Source: an uncultured delta proteobacterium (GTDB taxonomy: Bacteria > Desulfobacterota > RBG-13-43-22). Taken from it: a stretch of DNA of 64,000 nt. The position numbers were made by a program, and so were the translations under genes. Of the stretch, positions 61,839-64,000 are shown one piece after another (position 1 is the first letter of the stretch; each line of letters begins with the position of its first letter). Under the pieces are notes generated by a model that was given only the letters and a program-made list of their open reading frames with translations, had not been told where the DNA came from and did not search any database. The stretch covers positions 288,001 through 352,000 of the forward strand of contig CAWJJC010000028.1 in the NCBI GenBank assembly GCA_963843145.1, in the 5' to 3' direction.

Positions 61839-62732
61839 TCAAGCATTATTTGGGTGGCCAGCCGTTTGTTGCCTAATCACCTCCATGGCTTTGAAGTAGT
61901 CTCGCTGCACCTTAAGGTTTGAAATCCGGCAGTACCGTTGTGTGGTTTTCACATGGCTATGACCCAGGAGATCTTGAATGGTGGAAAGATCGGCATCGGC
62001 ATTGAGCAGTTGGGTGGCCATGGTATGGCGAAGATGATGACAGGACACCTTGAGCTTGGCTTGGCGAGCATAAGTTTCCATGCGCCGCTGAATGCCGCGG
62101 ATGGAGATGGGCTGCCCCTGACAAGGTTTCTTTTCCGCCAGAAAGATCTTTCTGGCCTTGGATGGCGGCCTCACCGTCAGATAGGCGGCCAGGGCCTGAA
62201 GGGCATCATGGCTCATATAGACGACCCGATCTTTTCCGCCCTTACCGTCTTCCACCAGGATAGTCCTGCGTTTGACGTCTATGACCCCGATCGTTAGCTG
62301 GGCGACTTCTTCCACCCGTAACCCGCAACGGAGCATGAGCATGAACATGGCCCGGTCACGGGCGCTCTTGATGACCTTAAAGAAGGTCTCCACCTGATCA
62401 TCTCTCAGGTGTCGGGGAAGGGGCTGGGACATCTTCTGGAGATGAGTCTTCTTGATGGGATTGGTGATAATCACCCCTTCCTCATCCCGCAGGTAATGGT
62501 AGAACTGGCGAATACCGTTCAAGTGGCAGTTGACCGTCTTGGGCGCCAGCCTCTTCCTCATGAGATGCTCGATGTAGCGTGACACGGTTACGTGGGTCAC
62601 GGCCTCCACCGGCACATCCAGCCAGATGATAAAGTGTTTAATGAGGTTCAGATAGTTCTTCACGGCATGGGGCGAACAGTTCCGCCGCTTTAAAAATCTT
62701 TGCCAGTTCAGGATCGCATCGGTCATCGCCAT
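61839..62732 (-). CDS. Tyrosine recombinase (XerC/D-like)
   Basis: GLRVEE, GKGGKDR, HHLRHTMAT and LLGHSHVKTTQRY motifs. Confidence 0.93.
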   Translation of the reverse strand: MAMTDAILNWQRFLKRRNCSPHAVKNYLNLIKHFIIWLDVPVEAVTHVTVSRYIEHLMRKRLAPKTVNCHLNGIRQFYHYLRDEEGVIITNPIKKTHLQKMSQPLPRHLRDDQVETFFKVIKSARDRAMFMLMLRCGLRVEEVAQLTIGVIDVKRRTILVEDGKGGKDRVVYMSHDALQALAAYLTVRPPSKARKIFLAEKKPCQGQPISIRGIQRRMETYARQAKLKVSCHHLRHTMATQLLNADADLSTIQDLLGHSHVKTTQRYCRISNLKVQRDYFKAMEVIRQQTAGHPNNA

Positions 62733-63777
62733 TACTGTCCCTCCTCTCTATTTTCGACATGGCTCTAAAATACTCAGCCTCCCGGGTCTTATCAGTCAGC
62801 CGGGCATACCGCCGGGTTTCCTCGATGCTCCGGTGCCCCAACAAAACTTGGAGACACTCCAGACGCAGGCCGGCGTTGAGAAACTCCGTGGCAAAGGTAT
62901 GGCGAAGGGTATGCAGGGAATATCCCTTGTCCGCCAATCCCGCCTTCTCCAGATAGCGCATAAAAATGGTCCGGGCGGTGCTGTAGGACATGGTCTCTGT
63001 CCGGGTATAGATCAGGTACTCCTCACCGGGATTCCTCTTCTTCAACCACCTCCGCAGAGCCAGGACCGCATCGTCGCTGAGATAGACCACCCTCCCCAGG
63101 CGGTTCTTCTCGCCTTCATAAATCTCTATCTTCCGTTCCTTAAGATGGACGTCGGCCATCTTGGTATTAAGCAGTTCTCCGATCCGCAGGCCCGTCCTCA
63201 ACAAGACCAGGATCATGGCCCGGTCACGAATATCGTCAATGACCGAAAGCAGCTTCCGCAGATCGTCAGGATCCATGGCCCGCGGCAGCCGCTCCGGTAA
63301 TTGCAACCGTATCCTCCTGCTGAAGAGTTCCGCGGAAACCCTTCCTTCTTCTAACAGGTAACGGAGAAAGGCTTGCACACTCACCAGCCTGGTCCTGATC
63401 GTTGTAATCTTAATCCCCCGGTCCTGCTCCCGCTCGATAAAGGTTTCCACATCCCTTCGGGTAATGGCTTCCAGGGATGTCCTGCCGCTCTCCCGTATCA
63501 GGCCCAGAAAAAGAATGATCGCCCCAAAACGGCTGTACAAAGTTCTCGGTCTGCGGTTGCCATACGTCAGGTGACGAAGATAGGCTTCCACCTGATCCTT
63601 CCCCGGAAGGTCCATCCGGACCAGCCGTTTTAAAATCTGGCCCAGCGCTTCTAAACAGTCTTTAGAATTTATTCTAAATCGTAATCGCGTTTGATAATAA
63701 TGGGGAGCGTTAACGGCGGGAATCTTAAAATCAGAAGATTTACTCGTCTGCTGTAGATCACTATGTCCGTTCATCAT
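62638..63777 (-). CDS. Tyrosine recombinase with N-terminal extension
   Basis: GLRIGE, HTLRHTFAT and LLGHRSIEETRRY motifs; AAGGAG RBS. Confidence 0.93.
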   Translation of the reverse strand: MMNGHSDLQQTSKSSDFKIPAVNAPHYYQTRLRFRINSKDCLEALGQILKRLVRMDLPGKDQVEAYLRHLTYGNRRPRTLYSRFGAIILFLGLIRESGRTSLEAITRRDVETFIEREQDRGIKITTIRTRLVSVQAFLRYLLEEGRVSAELFSRRIRLQLPERLPRAMDPDDLRKLLSVIDDIRDRAMILVLLRTGLRIGELLNTKMADVHLKERKIEIYEGEKNRLGRVVYLSDDAVLALRRWLKKRNPGEEYLIYTRTETMSYSTARTIFMRYLEKAGLADKGYSLHTLRHTFATEFLNAGLRLECLQVLLGHRSIEETRRYARLTDKTREAEYFRAMSKIERRDSNGDDRCDPELAKIFKAAELFAPCREELSEPH

Positions 63778-64000
63778 CTCTGTCTCCTTTTCTTAAATCA
63801 ATAAGAAAATCAGACAGATGATGACTAATAAACTCTTATCTGTCAAACATCAGCTTGGTACGTATAGCAGGAAGAAGCCGAGCATGTTGATATTCCACTA
63901 AAACCCATCCTTTTTACTAAATTTACCTCTTTCTACAAGGGGAAGCAGGGTATCCGGATTTTCTTTTTTGACGAAGTCTCCCAGAAACGTTACTATTAAA

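Larger units (their letters stand above)
61759..63867. mobile_element. 2109-bp element with two tyrosine recombinases, terminal IRs and flanking 7-bp direct repeat
   Basis: caggaag|ctatacgtactaa ... ttggtacgtatag|caggaag; perfect 17-bp subterminal IR at 61774-61790 and 63798-63814. Confidence 0.85.

Overview
Bacterial chromosomal window, mostly GC-rich. Gene content and repeat families suggest an anaerobic Desulfobacterota/deltaproteobacterium (inference). The core backbone carries livHMGF, a cold-shock gene, a GlcF-like Fe-S protein, a NikMNQO-type ECF transporter with an inserted outer-membrane barrel, a hybrid kinase and HD-GYP regulator, tRNA-Pro(GGG), frhB-like/iorA/iorB, emrAB, valS, proC, RNase Z, purC, a ParB-like/spore photoproduct lyase pair, a PPIase, a K+ channel operon, a DEAD helicase and typA. 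Two accessory regions interrupt it. The first (~15.4-20.3 kb, next to the tRNA 3' end) has a ~520-bp direct repeat around an HTH/nucleotidyltransferase pair, a lone attC-like site and an IS200-type element. The second (~50.9-63.9 kb) has a MalT/BTAD regulator module, secreted proteins and a two-recombinase element. Highlights not visible in the ORF track: (1) an 80-aa glutaredoxin-like gene with two in-frame TGA codons, each followed by a SECIS-like hairpin; (2) a 2109-bp element encoding only two tyrosine recombinases, bounded by inverted repeats and a 7-bp direct repeat; (3) a 50-bp gapless leader motif present three times, encoding an MKW(D/E) peptide ahead of a terminator-like hairpin; (4) a 417-bp TIR/11-bp-TSD cassette carrying a GIY-YIG nuclease nested inside a REP; (5) four probably exported proteins sharing an LPL/FPI-type terminal motif; (6) several intergenic repeat families. 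Several single-base frameshifts look like assembly errors. No CRISPR array or rRNA was seen.
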